Source: Rhizodiscina lignyota
Lineage: Eukaryota
Assembly: GCA_010015805.1 (NCBI GenBank)
Contig: ML978127.1
Span: 620,001 to 684,000 of the forward strand
Direction: 5' to 3'
DNA: 64,000 bases
Position numbers and translations under genes: made by a program. Shown piece after piece: positions 1-13,247 of the stretch (the first letter of the stretch is position 1; the number at the start of each line of letters is the position of its first letter). Under the pieces are notes generated by a model. The model did no database searches. It saw only the letters and a program-made list of their open reading frames with translations, and was not told the DNA's origin.

Positions 1-1535
1 GATGTTCGCAACATGTACCGGTCGGAGAACAAGCCGAATGCTCGTCCTGCGCTTAAAGAGGTCCTTGATGCCTTCACGTCTGCAATTGAAACTTTGCCTC
101 AGAAGCGAGATTCCCGAAAGGAGCCCATTCTGGAGCCGCATTACAAGCTTGTCTCGATTACCCACAAGCTTGTCAATAAGCGGGTCATCGAGGCTTCCGC
201 CGGCGCTGACGTTCTTCAAGCGTCGGAATTCCTACGAAAGGTTGACAAGCCGACGGAGTTTGCGGCTTGGGAAGGATACATGTTGCAGGTGCTGAAGGTG
301 CTCCGCAACACAGACAAATCTGGCTGGCACCACCGTATGACTGCACGAGCTGCGCATGTCATCTATGATGATGCGCCGCAGGACAGACTGGCCGCGATGG
401 GCGCAAAGCACGAACTCACTCAGCAGATGTTCACCAAGACTATGGCAGTGCAGGTCTGGAAGCCCGAGAACGAGCGACCTGGACGGCATTTCGTGTACAC
501 GACCCGTTACACGAGGTTTTTCATTAAGCTGCTCCTCGAACTTGATGACAGAGCGAGTATGGAGCTGCTTGCGAAGCGCGTGCGAAGGAAACCTCATGAC
601 TTTTTCGACCACTTGAAGCTTTGGAACGAACTTTGTGTGTCGTATCTCAAGGTAAGTGTCGCTGCTCTTTGTTACTTCCTAAGGTGGCATCAATTACTAA
701 TCGTTAAAATTTGTAGCTCTTGCGCCGTTGGGGCTCGATCCCTGAAGGACACGAGGACGCTGTCTTCAAGTCTCTTAATCATGAGGATTTCGTTCAGCGC
801 TCCATCCGCATCGAGGCTTGGTGCCAGAATCCAGACACCAACTCTAGAGTTCTAGATGTCCTGAGAGACGTCATTGAGCTGAAGCGCGTAAACAACGGGC
901 TCATGAAAGCAACGCTCATCGATGATCTTGTGGGCGATACGTATGCTGTCATCTACCAGACGATTGGGCCAGAGTTGGACGACATGCCGCTTCCGGCGCA
1001 CCTTCAGCAACAGATGCAGCAGTTGCAACAGCCACAGCAGCGACCAGTGATGAGCGTAGGTGGAGTGATGAACGTTGATGGCGCAGCAGATGCTCAGCAG
1101 CAGTTTCCTCCCTACGTTGCGCAGGACGGGCCGGGCAGGCCACGCACCAAAGGTGTTGGCAGGAGGGAGTTGCAGCGCAGAGCAGAAGCTGCGGTCTCGC
1201 TGCCGATCCGTGTGCCGAGCAATATGGCGCCAGCGAAGCCTACCGGGGCCCAGACGGTTCAAGTTGTCGGGCCTCCACACGCGGCAGCGTCAAGTGCAGC
1301 AGGCCAGGGTGCCATGGGTACGGTTGCGAGCAGCGCTGCAGCGAGTGTGCATGATAGTGCAGACAACGAGAGTGGCAGTGAGCTGAGCGAGTTGCAGGAC
1401 GACGACGAAGTGGGAGACGAGGTGGTGGTTAAGCCGATGTTTCCGAACCTGGGCAGGAGGGAGTCGGTGGCTGATACGGCTAGCGGACGAGCGACGCCAG
1501 TGGAGGAGAAGAAGGATGACGATAAGGAGGAGTGA
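1..1535 (+). CDS. HIR3: Histone transcription regulator 3 (HIR complex subunit Hir3/Cabin1-like), 3' part; 5' end lies outside the window
   Basis: ORFs 13..855 and 720..1535 are joined by intron 652..716 (GTAAGT...TAG). Motifs WHHRMTARAAHVIYDD and QQMFTKTMAVQVWKPENERPGRHFVY are typical of the Hir3 C-terminus. Confidence 0.85.
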
Positions 1536-2212
1536 TGATCGGCTTTAGCCGGTTACTGTTCCGGTTTGTTTCATGGCATTGCGAAGTGTTCTGGGTCCAG
1601 TGCGGAGTGACGATGGCACGAGATTCATGACGACTTGTACTTTGTAAGATACGATAAGGCGTGGACTGTGCAAGGCAAAATGGCGAGCTTCAGTGTGGTG
1701 TGGAGCATTAATGATGTATCGTACTAGCACAGCCAAGCGAATGGATGATAATGAGCATCGCCGGTACGCTTTGCATCATGCCGCCTCCTTGCGCGGCAGG
1801 GCCCCCTAGCGTGACCCGCACCTGCCCGTTTACGTTTAGACCACCCGGCGCGGCAGCGATGATTGGCTGCGTACCTGACGATCCGTTCCATATGATAAGC
1901 GCGGAGAGTGTTTCATGCTGGCCACCATGGATTAGGGGATTCCAGTGGCGCTCGTCCACCACCTCTGCTCTGCCGAACCGCTGTCTTTCCTTACCGCCTA
2001 CTCCTCCTCGTTGCACTCCCACTCCACCTCTGCAACGGCGAGTGACAGTTATCGTGCGTTGGACGCACATTCCGCTCATTAACAAACACAACACGCTCCT
2101 TTGACCATTGTCTGCGCTTTCTTTCTTTCGTTCATTCATTCATTCATTCCTTGCACGCCCTTCGCTAGCCGAGCCTGCGTTGTCTTCCCTTCTACCGCTC
2201 GAGTCGAACACC

Positions 2213-3541
2213 ATGCCCGCTGCATCGCACTCCAGCATGGCGCTTCTTGATATTCTGCTCGTTCTTCTCTCCTTCACTTCCACCGCCCTTGCGCAGACAT
2301 GGACCGACTGCCAGCCTCTGAACAAGACATGTCCGCCCGACACCGCCCTGGGAACGAACGCGACCTTCAATTTCACCCAGAACACCGCGGCGGCGGCTGT
2401 GTGGAACACCACTGCAGGTCCAATCCAGTACACGGATCAAGGTTGCGTCTTCGAGATCCAGGACGATGATATGTCGCCAACCATCCAATCGAAGTTCTAC
2501 ATCTTCTTCGGCCGCGTAGAGACGATCATGCAAGCGGCGGAGGGTCAGGGCATTGTTAGCAGTGTTGTGCTTCAAAGCGACGACCTCGATGAGATTGATT
2601 GGGAGTTCGTCGGCAGCAACTCATCCAGTGTGCAGAGTAATTTCTACGGCAAGGGAAATACCACCACATAGTTCGTATATCCACACTCTGGGACGTTCGA
2701 CGTCAAAGCTAACAATGCGAAAGTGGACGTGCAGTCTACCACGACCTCGACTCGCCGCAAAACCACTTCTACAACTACACCACCGTCTGGACTGCCGAGA
2801 AACTAGAATGGCATATTAATGGCAAGCTCGCCCGTACCCTGCCGTATGATGACCCTCTGGCCCTTGGCGGACGAAACTATCCCCAGACTCCAATGACAGT
2901 GCGAATGGGTGCGTGGCCGGCTGGCAAGAAGGGAGGCAACAAATACACGATACAATGGGCTGGTGGAAATACAGACTTTAGCAAGGGCCAATCCTACAAA
3001 ATGATTGTGCAGAGCCTGAAGGTTCAGGACTACTCGTCCGGGAAGGAGTATACGTACTCGGACACGTCGGGCGACTGGCAGAGCATCAAGGTTGCCAGGT
3101 ACGTTGCCGTATTCGAGCTCCACATACATGAGCCTTTGCTGATAATATCATAGTGGCAATTCTTCCATAGCAGAGAACATCTGGAAGCCCCACGGCGTGA
3201 AGGGCCACTGGGATGCGCTTCCAAAAGCTGCACAGATTGCCATTGTCTGCGCCGCAATCGGTGTCGGTGTCGTCTTGCTCGCGATACTGACCTTCTGCTG
3301 TATTAAGCAGCGCCGCGCTGGCCGCCGCGAGAGGGCAATTGCTGACGCAGAGTTCGAGAAGGGCGCCGCAGAACTCATGGACTACCGGAGGAAGATGAGC
3401 GAAGGAGGCTTTGCCAGTGGCGGATATGGTGGGAGCACAAACTACATGAGTCCGACGAGCGACAGGGCACCGGAGGTGCCGAAGCTACCACAGGTCAGTA
3501 TCATGGATACCGGAAGGCCCATGAAGAGTGGTTGGTTGTGA
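2213..3541 (+). CDS. GH16 CRH-family chitin/glucan transglycosylase (Crh1/Crf1-like) with signal peptide and C-terminal transmembrane helix
   Basis: Signal peptide followed by QTWTDCQPLNKTCP. Catalytic DLDEIDWE motif and PQTPM motif present. Introns 2671..2723 and 3099..3153 restore the frame. TM segment IAIVCAAIGVGVVLLAILTFCCI is followed by KQRR. Alternative start at 2237. Confidence 0.9.
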
Positions 3542-4742
3542 GCAGGCGCATCGTGGCTTTGAGAGGGTGACTGGGGGAACACGGTTCAGGCAGATGACGG
3601 CGATTTCATGTTTGATACCTTTTTGCGATTTCTCACGACTGCATTTGCATCTTGCTTGCCTGTATGACGAATGGGCGCTTTGAGGATTGAAGTGGAGTTA
3701 GCGCATACCTCACCGGCTGAAAGATAGTGCGCCCATCAATTCAGATCCAATTCCTTGAAGTCCAATGTGCTCTGACCATTTGCTCTGATGCTTGCCTTGT
3801 CGAGGAAACTGAGAGTGGCATAGAGGTGGTTTTACGGACGCTCGAGCTTCTATCAATCTAGAAAGATGACTATCGGGAGGCATCCTGAATATAATTACTG
3901 ATGGACCGTGGTTGCAGTATACTTCTTGCCCTACCTCAGCTACCTAGCGCTGTGTTCCTCCGATGTTTGTTCCGACCTCATCCCTCGACCTTATTCGTCC
4001 AATCTGATATTACGTTCATTCTCCACACCCCTGCCGCGAATCGACGCAACAGTGCAAGGATATGGGCGGCCTGTCCCTGCAGCTGTGTCTCAGTCGAATC
4101 TCCTCGACACGAAACGCACAGCATGCACCCCGCCATCTCAGGGGCACTTCGACTTCCACGATATGGCTGGCCCGCCGCCCCCGGAGGCACGACGCCTTTG
4201 TCACCCAATGCCTGTCCGCCTAGAAGATTCTTTCACGTCGACACGACGTATCAACGCTGCGAGAGATCAGATTCCGCTTCGGGCGCGCTCCAGATCTGTG
4301 GGTGGACAAGGTCACGGTCCGCGGCCGGAGCGTTGCACGGAGGCGACTCTCATAACAAACGAGAAGTCGAGCACGAATTGGCTCTCCGTACGCTCTTCCA
4401 TGACTTGCGTCTCCTCCAGCAGACTGCCAGCAGTCTCCTGATTCGGTGATATTCCATGCTGCCACTGCTGTCAGCTTGTTTCGTGCCGTTGCTGCAGCCG
4501 TCAGACCGGTAAACACTCTCTCCCTTTTGCCTTTCCTTTGCTCTTTAGCCTGGCAGCTTCTTTTTTGCACGTATAATTAATTTGACACGTCCTGGTCCCT
4601 AATCCCGCTTACACGCGAGCTGCTCCACCTCTGTGTTTGCTACTTTCTCACCTTCTAATATATCCATTCATTTACCTTCCGCGCCCCGCGTCATATTTCT
4701 CTCTCAAAGAAGCATTCCAAATTCAACTCTCGACGCGTCAAG

Positions 4743-5405
4743 ATGAAGTTCATCCTCCCGTCTCTCACTCTCTTCCTCGCCGCGTTCGCCGCTGCTCAAA
4801 GCACTGGCAATATCCCCCAGTGTGCTGTACGTGTTACGCTGCGCGCTCTCAGTGATGGGGAAGGGCTCGCTGACACTCTCTACAGCTCCTCTGCTTCGCT
4901 CAAGCAACAGCTCAGTCTGGATGTGATACCAGCGACCTGGCGTGCCAATGCGGGAAGGGCAAAGCGACCATCCAATCTAGCGTGACGTCTTGCATAGCGA
5001 AGACGAACCCTTGCAGCAGCTCCGATATAGCGAGTACGTGCAACCTCGTCGCCTTCCCTCAGATCTCGGCGCAGACGAGCTTGAGATCATTTCGATTCAA
5101 CATCGTGGAACCTTCATAGTAGCCAGAGCGTCATGCTGACCGTACTTTTCTAAACAGAGATCCAACCCGCAGCCGACCAACTCTGCGCCAAAGCTGTGAG
5201 CTCTTCTTCTTCCGGCTCCGCAACCGCCGGCTCTTCCTCAGGCTCGGCGACGAAGACGTCCGCGTCGACTTCTGGATCCGCAAGCTCGACGTCAGGAGCG
5301 AGCGCCGCTGCATCGTCCACTGGTGCGGCTTCGCAGAAGGTTATTGTTGGTGGACTAGGTGCGCTGGCTCAGGTTGGCGTCGCTGTTGGCATGTTTGCGC
5401 TGTGA
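4743..5405 (+). CDS. GPI-anchored CFEM-domain protein
   Basis: Introns 4827..4885 and 5034..5157 give a signal peptide, an 8-Cys CFEM pattern (PQCALLCF..GCDTSDLACQC..TSC..PC..QLC), a Ser/Thr-rich stalk and a hydrophobic GPI-like tail. Confidence 0.88.
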
Positions 5406-5971
5406 GGTATAGAGCAGGATGGCTAGTGGGCTGGATGGCAGGATTGAACGAAGCTGGTGAAGGCTACACTGGAGGAATGCGTCTCTACTTTGCATTCACG
5501 GTCAAAAGTTTTCCATGGATTACTCGAGTCTTGAAGGAGGACGAGCTTCTGGCTTGAGGCTTTTCTGTTTAGGACATTGAGGGCGTAATTCGACATGCGA
5601 AGCTTGCCTTCAATTCTCTACAATCGAAACTAGGCTTTCTGATGTCCATCACGCTATGCAATTTGCAGGATTGAGCGCCTCTCATGTCGATCAGTCTGTC
5701 GTGACATATTATCCATCCTTGAAAGCTCTGTTTTAATCCAGATACTCAGCTGAAGATGGACTTGAACCTCATTGACGCCACCATGTCTTTGATATCAAGG
5801 ATAGACATCGTAATAACTCTCCCAAAGGCAAGCACGTAAGAGATTTTGGGAAGGATATCTCCTATTTTCGGTAGCAAAGGGCTATTCAGGTGAGGCCGAC
5901 CCTCTCTATCCAGATCTACTCCGCCGATGCATTACTTCAGAAAGGAAGATATCAATTTACAGGTAGGCACC

Positions 5972-7528
5972 TTAAGCAATGAAGTTGACTGTTGCGTTCT
6001 TCTTCGCCTGCACTTCCGCAATGGCATCGACATAATGCTCGTGGATGATCTTCGCCTGCCCACCCCTCAGCGCAATCATGCCCGCCTCCACGCACACAGC
6101 CTTCAACTGTGCGCCACCGAATTCGTCCGTGCTGCGCGCCAGCTCCATCCAGTTGACGCCCTCGTCGACAGTCATCTTTCTGCTGTGGATGCGCAGAATC
6201 TGGGCGCGGGCCTCCTCGTTTGGCAGAGGGAACTCGATCTTCCGGTCCAGACGACCAGAGCGCAGCAGCGCAGGGTCGAGCACGTCGACACGATTCGTCG
6301 CGGCGAGGACTTTGATCCTCTCGTCTGATGCGAAACCGTCAAGCTGGTTCAGCAGCTCCAACATGGTCCTCTGCACCTCGCGGTCACCACTCTTCTCCGA
6401 GTCAAAGCGCTTTGTTCCAACGGCGTCCAGCTCGTCGATGAAGATGATTGATGGTGCTTTCTCCTTCGCCAGCGCAAAGCAGTCGCGTACGAGCTTCGCG
6501 CCGTCACCAATGAACATTTGTACGAGTTGAGGGCCAGCAAGCTTGAGGAAGGTGGCGTCGGTCTGAGCAGCGCATGCACGAGCGAGGAGAGTCTTTCCAG
6601 TTCCGGGAGGGCCGTACATAAGAGCACCTGGCGATCTATGTTAGCTGAGAGCTTCCGAAAGGAAGTCGTGCGGAACAATACCTTTCGGGGCTTTAATGCC
6701 AATCTTCTGGAACCTCTCTGCCTCTTTCATGGGCATCACCACAGCCTCTACCAACTCTGTGATCTGCTTGTCCAGTCCACCAACATCTGAGTACTTCTCT
6801 GTTGGTTTCTCGTCAACCTCCATAGCCTTGACTCTGCTATCGTACTCTGCAGGTAGTGTGTCGAGGACGAGGTAGGAGTCCTTGTTGACACCGATGAGGT
6901 CACCTGGTTTAAGCTTCTCATGGTCGACCAAGCCGATGAGAGGGAGGAAGATGGTCTGGCGTGTAGAGGTTTTGATGACTGCGGATTTACCGACGCGAGT
7001 GGCGTCGAGGTCAATGTTGGCTCCTTCTTCTGCGGCTTCGGCGGTGACATCGAGGTCTAATATTTCAACGACGTTGCCGACAAGATATGGCAGTTGTCTA
7101 CAGAGAAAATATGAGTTTAGAGTCCATGTTCATAAAACACTATGCCGCGTGGCGGCAAACGCTCTTCGGAGTTCAAACTCGGAGCATGCCTACCTGTTGT
7201 TGTCTATCTTGTCTAGGTTGTCCTTGATCTTATCCCTCATATTTGTCTTCTCATGTGTTAACCGCTGGAACTCGCTCTTCATGATTCGCATGTCGTTCTC
7301 CAGCAGGCGCTTTCGCGCGATGATATCTCGGGTACTTGAGTGTAGGATTTCCGCGTCGAGAACGTCGTCTTCCTCCTTCTCGGCATCCTTCATGTCCGCA
7401 TCCTTGCTGTCTTTTGAAGCGCCGTTGGTGCCCTTCTTGTCATCGCCGTCCTTGTCGCCCTCGTCCTTCTTGTCTTCCTTGTCCTTTCCGAGGCCTTCAA
7501 GGTCGTCAAGATCTTCTAATGTGGACAT
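5972..7528 (-). CDS. RPT5: 26S proteasome regulatory AAA ATPase subunit 6A (Rpt5)
   Basis: Walker A GPPGTGKT, Walker [28 protein letters not shown] and N-terminal [13 protein letters not shown]. Two introns (about 7098..7193 and 6628..6681). Confidence 0.97.
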
Positions 7529-7873
7529 GGTGGCGATTTAGGTCGTGGAAATGTCTTGGGAGCGGGGAGAGCAGTTGGAATAAGGTAGAAAGTGCTTCTA
7601 CAGAAAAGCAAAGATCAAGTGGTGGTTGAGTGTGGTGAAGTTGGGCTCATTTACAAATGTTCGTAGACGGCAGCGAGCTTATGAAGCTCCAGCGGCAACG
7701 TGGCGCTTGGCGCGTTTAAAATTGCCGCGCAGCCTCACTAGCCAAGGCTTCACACTTCATGTAACGCATCCAATGACACCTATTTATCATTATATATCGC
7801 CCCTTAATGTTCAGCACCATTTACACAGAGTGGTACTGATCATGAGTGCCACCGTTAACCTGAAATCTTCCAT

Positions 7874-9997
7874 TCAACCCAACGAGACCGTCTCCAACAT
7901 CCAGCTGTTACCCCAGTTTGTTGATTTAAATCGAGAGATATAGTCGTCGTGGTTGACTGTACACCGGTTATAACTCAAGGCAAAACTACCTTCGAAACTT
8001 TACCTACTGTAGCCGCCACACATCCTTCGCTTTCCAGTAAATGCTGTCCGCGCATGCAGGGCTCTCCAGTTGTCAAAGACTGTTCCAATTTAGCAACTCT
8101 CTTCCTTCAAGAGATATCGACTCACTCAACGGACGCCCGGGGCGTAGTTGTTCCCAGAACTCGTACTTCTTCAAAGTCTCCGTCCAACGTCTGCAAGTTT
8201 TAGTCATCTATCGCACATCAGGCAAAATCTTACCTTGCCGCCCTGTACCAGTTTTGCACTTCATCTACGGGCACATCAACCTGTGCTCTGTCCGCGGGAT
8301 TCCATCGTATTTGGATCAGATGATTGTATCGATGGTCGTGTACTAATACAGGAAAACCAGTGGCAGGCTGGATGCTGGAACCGTCATTGCCACTCGCATG
8401 GCAATGCACATTGACAGAGCTGAGAGTACGGTAATCTTCAGGGAACTCTCGTGAGAGCTCACTTGCAGCCGCAAAGCCATCGACGAGGCCAGACATACCA
8501 CCTTCGCCATCTTCATGCGACAGGAGGTGAAACATCTGAAGGCCAGCGGGATCTGTGAAGTAAGTATTGTCCGTATGTGGACCGATTGCTAAATCTGTGT
8601 ACGCTGTGTCGCCTTTCGACAGGTCGGACGTGAAATCCCAGAAACCACCTAATGCATATTAGAGATTGACCATGGCATTCTCGAAACGATACTTGCCGTA
8701 GTGTGTGTTGCGAATGAACGCGATCTTTTCTAGCAGCTCCTTTGTCGCTTCTGGGGTGCTTGGGCATCCATCAACGTAGCAGAACCCATAGCTTCGCTGT
8801 AGAGGCAACCGCCTCTGCGTCAGAAAGTAATCAAATGTACCCTCAGCATCACTCACTATTTTCATCAACCAATCCGCGACGCCATTGTCTGACTCCATCA
8901 CCTGTTCGTACTTGACCTCGGGAGGAAGTATTTTGCCGTCTTGGTTGCGAGGCCATTCTTGGAGACTGACTATAATTTAGTAACGTGTAGCCCATTGCGA
9001 AGGGAGAATCGAACGTGACCAATGCCTGTTGATCTGTAGCGCGGTGCTGGCGCTTGTCAACAGACTCCGCAATCCATTTCTTAGAGAAAGAGCTCGAGTG
9101 CCCGTCGGTCCCTTGTGCGATCAGCATAATTGATAGTTTTCGATACTATTTTAAGGCGTACAACGAATTTGAAACTCGTCAGGCGTCTCCGTAATCGATT
9201 CAGGCTCTGCGTTCGTCCACGCAGAAGGCTATCAGCGCTCAATATGTGCGAGAACTTCATAGACTAGCTTGCTACATGACGAACCTCAAATATATCGAAC
9301 AAACGCTGCTTAGTCACAGGATGTTTGCATTCGAGACACTGGCAATTATCCCTTTGAACTCTGAATATGAGCTGTTCAAGTTAAGCAAAGAGCTCTCTTA
9401 CCTCAGCCACTTGGAATAGCTACGAGTAACTTAGCTGGAATAAGATACTTGGAGATAATTTGCCTCACATGGTAACATAATGGCCATTTTCTTGGGACAA
9501 GAACGAAATCTTGTTTGTCTGAGGATCAAGCCGTACATGTGGGTGGCTCGACTGAATGTAGACAGGAACATTCTTGACATGCTAAGGCAATGATCAGTGG
9601 CACTTCCAGATACTCGAATACCTCCCCCACGGACCTTCAGCGATGAGATGCCAGTAGCTTGGCCCGCAGGACGGTTCAACTGGAGTGATATGGAGTCGAA
9701 CTTCTTATCTACACTTTCTGCAGGGAGATGTCAGCTCGCATATTATAGCGTTGATCTGATAGTTGCTCACTCTCGAATTCTATACGAGGACCAGTCGATT
9801 TGGAAGTGGAAGAATGTTGGATAAAGCCAGTTCCTTCAATCGACGTAGTTTTACGATTTCGATAAAGCTGTCGAGTGTACCGTATGGGAAATCGTAACCT
9901 TGACAATTTCAGTGATACATGTAGGCAGACATGCTTGTTTTATCAAGCATAGAGCGAATTACCTCCTCCGCAGGAGGCTGGGTGCAGAGAACGGCAT
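7874..9997 (-). CDS. Trimethyllysine dioxygenase (TauD/GBBH-like Fe(II)/2-oxoglutarate enzyme of carnitine biosynthesis), probably mitochondrial
   Basis: About a dozen short introns. The spliced product starts MPFSAPSLLRRRLRFPIRYTRQ (presequence-like) and contains WLRDNCQCxxCxHP, IAFIRNTHYGGFWDFTSDL, HTDNTYF (HxD), LVDGF and IFDNWRALHARTAFTGKRRMCGGY. The 5' exon structure is less certain. Confidence 0.85.
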
Positions 9998-10106
9998 CTT
10001 CACCTGCACCGTCCCACTGGAAATGTGCAAGGAAAAAAAAGAAAAGCAATCGGAGTGCTGCGGAAGATCAAAAAGCAAGGTCAAGACTGACAAAAATGAA
10101 TTCACA

Positions 10107-10185
10107 CGACACCTATGGGACTCGAACCCACAATCTTTGCCATCCTCCGCCGGAAAGCAACGCCTTACCATTAGGCCAAGGTGCC
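10107..10185 (-). tRNA. tRNA-Arg(CCG) with a 7-nt intron
   Basis: Reverse complement folds as GGCACCT/AGGTGTC acceptor stem, GCCT/AGGC D arm, TTGCT/GGCAA anticodon stem with TT-CCG-G, intron CGGAGGA after position 37, and T arm GTGGG-TTCGAGT-CCCAT. A T5 Pol III terminator lies at 10092..10096. Confidence 0.93.
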
Positions 10186-11197
10186 GGAATACAATCTAAC
10201 CACTCGAGGGCAGAAAAACTCTACTTCGGAAGTTGCCGTTATGACTATATACTTATGTGAGACATGTCTTATTGGTTCGCCAAGACGATCATTAAAAACT
10301 GATTGTCTATCTATTACATGACAACTCCCGTCCAAAAGCTCGAAATTCCCCTCAACAGTGCTTCAATCAAATAATGAAATGTCATAAACCAGAAAGCATC
10401 ACACGAGCGGAATTATGCCGTGAAATGAGCAGCCATGAAGCTGACAAAATAGTCGAGTCCGATTGGCCGAGCGCCCGTAGTAAGAACGAGTTTTATTCTT
10501 CCACACGGACGAGAACACCACGGAAAGCTCGGCTAGATATATACCAGATAGTATTTATCTAAAATTCGCAGCTTCAACGTGTATAGTCTGTGTTAAGTAA
10601 GGGGCGTGTGTATCATGTCCTCGCGGAGAGTCATGTTGAAGCCACCACTTGGCAGCCAATGGGGCGGCTTGACGGGGCTTGGAACTCTAAGGCGAGGAAT
10701 TTCCCTTTCCCTCCGCCATCTTGAACAACCACAACATTACAACTTTGTTGCTACCGACGAATGTACTTTAGCCTTTCATCATCTTCCACGCTATTCCAGC
10801 CCCTTCAGACAAGTGATCTCGTTCCTGTTTCCCGTTCGCCCTTATCAATCGTATGTCTCGTCTGACGAATACGCATCTCCGGCACGGTGACAACTCCTCT
10901 ATGCTCAATTGCATTGTTCCGCGGAAGACTTAGCTTCGATATACATCATGGCGGGCCATTTCTTGAACTCCGCTTTGAAATGCTCTGAAATCTCCATGTG
11001 GAGGCGATGATTCCCGCTCGAGACTGCCGCCGGTCGAACTTCCAAAGTTGCGGGGCAATAACAATTAGGAAGCTCACATTCAAAATGAAGCCCTGAGTGT
11101 GAGCCCAGCACACGATACTCTACAATTTCCTACAACTCTAGCATTTTCACTGTGACAATATAACCAAAAAGCGTCAATCGCAAGCTAATTTGGAGCA

Positions 11198-12329
11198 ATG
11201 GATCCATCTCAAGTTGATGTCCCTCCTCTCAAGGACCTGACCATCGAAAACATTACAGAGAATGTCCACATGATTAACTCAAGAACTCCTGATCCACGAT
11301 TGAAATATGTCCTCGAGCGACTGGTCACACATCTACACGACTTTGCACGAGAGACGAGGCTATCCACAAAGGAGTGGGCGATCGGCCTGAGGTTTCTTAC
11401 CGAAGTCGGACAGATGTGCACCGATGTACGGCAGGTGTGTTGCCCTATAATGACGATACTCTTTTAGATTGATAGATAACCCTTTGCAGGAATTCATCCT
11501 CCTCTCAGATGTTCTTGGCCTGTCTCTCCTCGTCGATAGCATCGATCATCCGAAGCCTCCGGCGAGCACCGAGGGTACTGTCCTCGGACCTTTTCATACC
11601 CACGAAGCGCATATAGAATCACACGGTAGCACCATTTCACATGACCCAGATGGCGAACCGTGCCTTGTAGTGTGCACAGTGAAGGACACAACCGGGCAGC
11701 CAATACCAGATGTAAAAATAGACGTGTGGGAAACGGACTCTAAAGGCTTCTACGACGTTCAATATAGCGAGAGAGACGGCCCAGACGGCCGAGCGATCCT
11801 TAATACCGATGATAAAGGTATTTGAAACCCTCACTACTGGATCTGTCTGCTCGCACTACCAATTATTTCTGAAAGGCCGAGTACAATTGCTAACATCAGT
11901 CAAGGCACCTTTCACTTCAAGGCAATAGTGCCGGTTCCTTATCCAATACCGCATGATGGTCCAGTCGGCAAGTTGCTTAAGATGCTTAAGCGTCATCCAT
12001 ACAGACCAAGTCATATGCACTTTATGTTCGAAAAGCCTGACTACGACCATTTGATCACGGCTTTATACCTCCGACACGATCCATACGAGACTTCCGATGC
12101 TGTTTTTGGTGTCAAGGAGACGCTTATTGTTGAGCTTGGCACCGTGAGCCCGGAACAGGCGAAGGAGTACGGCGTCAAGGAAGGCGCAAAGCTGCTCACC
12201 TATGATTTTGTTCTCGTCTCAGACAAGGAAGCAGCTGACCTGCGGGAAGAGAACGCTAGGAAGGCCATGGAGGCCCAAGGAAGAAAGATGAAATTTTACG
12301 AAGGCCTCCCTGTTCCGGATGTTGACTAG
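11198..12329 (+). CDS. Intradiol ring-cleavage dioxygenase, hydroxyquinol 1,2-dioxygenase-like
   Basis: Introns 11435..11489 and 11818..11904. Motifs HLHDFARETRL, RQEFILLSDVLG and TEGTVLGPFH. Fe ligands in GFYDVQ, VPYPIPHDGPVG and RPSHMHF. Confidence 0.92.
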
Positions 12330-12383
12330 GGAGAATGTATCATGATTGTTGTTTTTGTACATACATCTAGTTCTTGTAACTCC

Positions 12384-12635
12384 TTACTCTTTGTCTAAAA
12401 GGTTTCCCTTCTTTCCAGACTTCTCTCCCAAGCCTCTGAGCGGCAGAGGACAAGGTACCATCTCTTCAGACATTGGGATATGCCCACAAGCTGGACATTT
12501 CGTCGCTGGAGCAAAGTCATGCCATATGTAGCCAGCACCACACGATTCATTGCGCATCAATTGTTGGTCGCATGGTCTCGCCACTCGATATTCATAGCTG
12601 TAACATCGCCAGACGGTATGATCGATGCGGCACAT
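12384..12635 (-). CDS. Putative small Cys-rich hypothetical protein (83 aa)
   Basis: Intronless ATG..TAA ORF MCRIDHTVWRC...PC...SC...KCPACGH. The MC start and CxxC resemble small fungal metal-binding orphans. No homology confirmed. Confidence 0.4.
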   Translation of the reverse strand: MCRIDHTVWRCYSYEYRVARPCDQQLMRNESCGAGYIWHDFAPATKCPACGHIPMSEEMVPCPLPLRGLGEKSGKKGNLLDKE

Positions 12636-13247
12636 TGGATTTTGTGAAAACACTCTTCAGATCTGGTGTGGCAATTTATATGTGAAACTGGGTGTCTGAA
12701 CAGCCACGCGAGTGACGTGGATTGTTTGTCGGGCAATTTGCTTGCGCTGCGACAGAAAACGACTCCCGGGAATTTGACATGTTGCGACAATCAGTCATTG
12801 CAACAATCGCGGGAGCTCTACAACGTTTGCACGATTGACTTTGAGAATCAATCTCCGCAACAGCTCAGCAAAGTCACTCATCCGGTCCAGGCTCAGTGTG
12901 GCTCATCTCGCCAGAGCTTTAGGGTTCCGTGGGAACCCCCGGCGGACTGCTCATCCACGGAACTGCTGCATAATTAATACATCTCGAAAAGGGTCAGGTA
13001 ATGGGAGACCGACCGTGCCAGCAAGGAGAGTTCTCAAACAAGTCACCACAAGCTCCATGGAAAGACCAACCTACAAGCTGTACATATATACCTCTGCTCA
13101 CGAGGTTTCAATCCAATTCTGAATGTCCTATCACGCAGAGCGTATAGACTGAGGAACGCAACAGGTGTAACTAGTTGTACTACTCGGTTTTCTCTAGTGT
13201 TTCAACACGAGTTATGATTCAGCTCCTGACCATATCTCGAGCCCAGT

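Noticed and set aside
3901..4449. Overlapping ORFs of 182 and 177 aa upstream of the CFEM gene
   Set aside because: No recognisable motifs or protein-like composition. Most likely promoter DNA.
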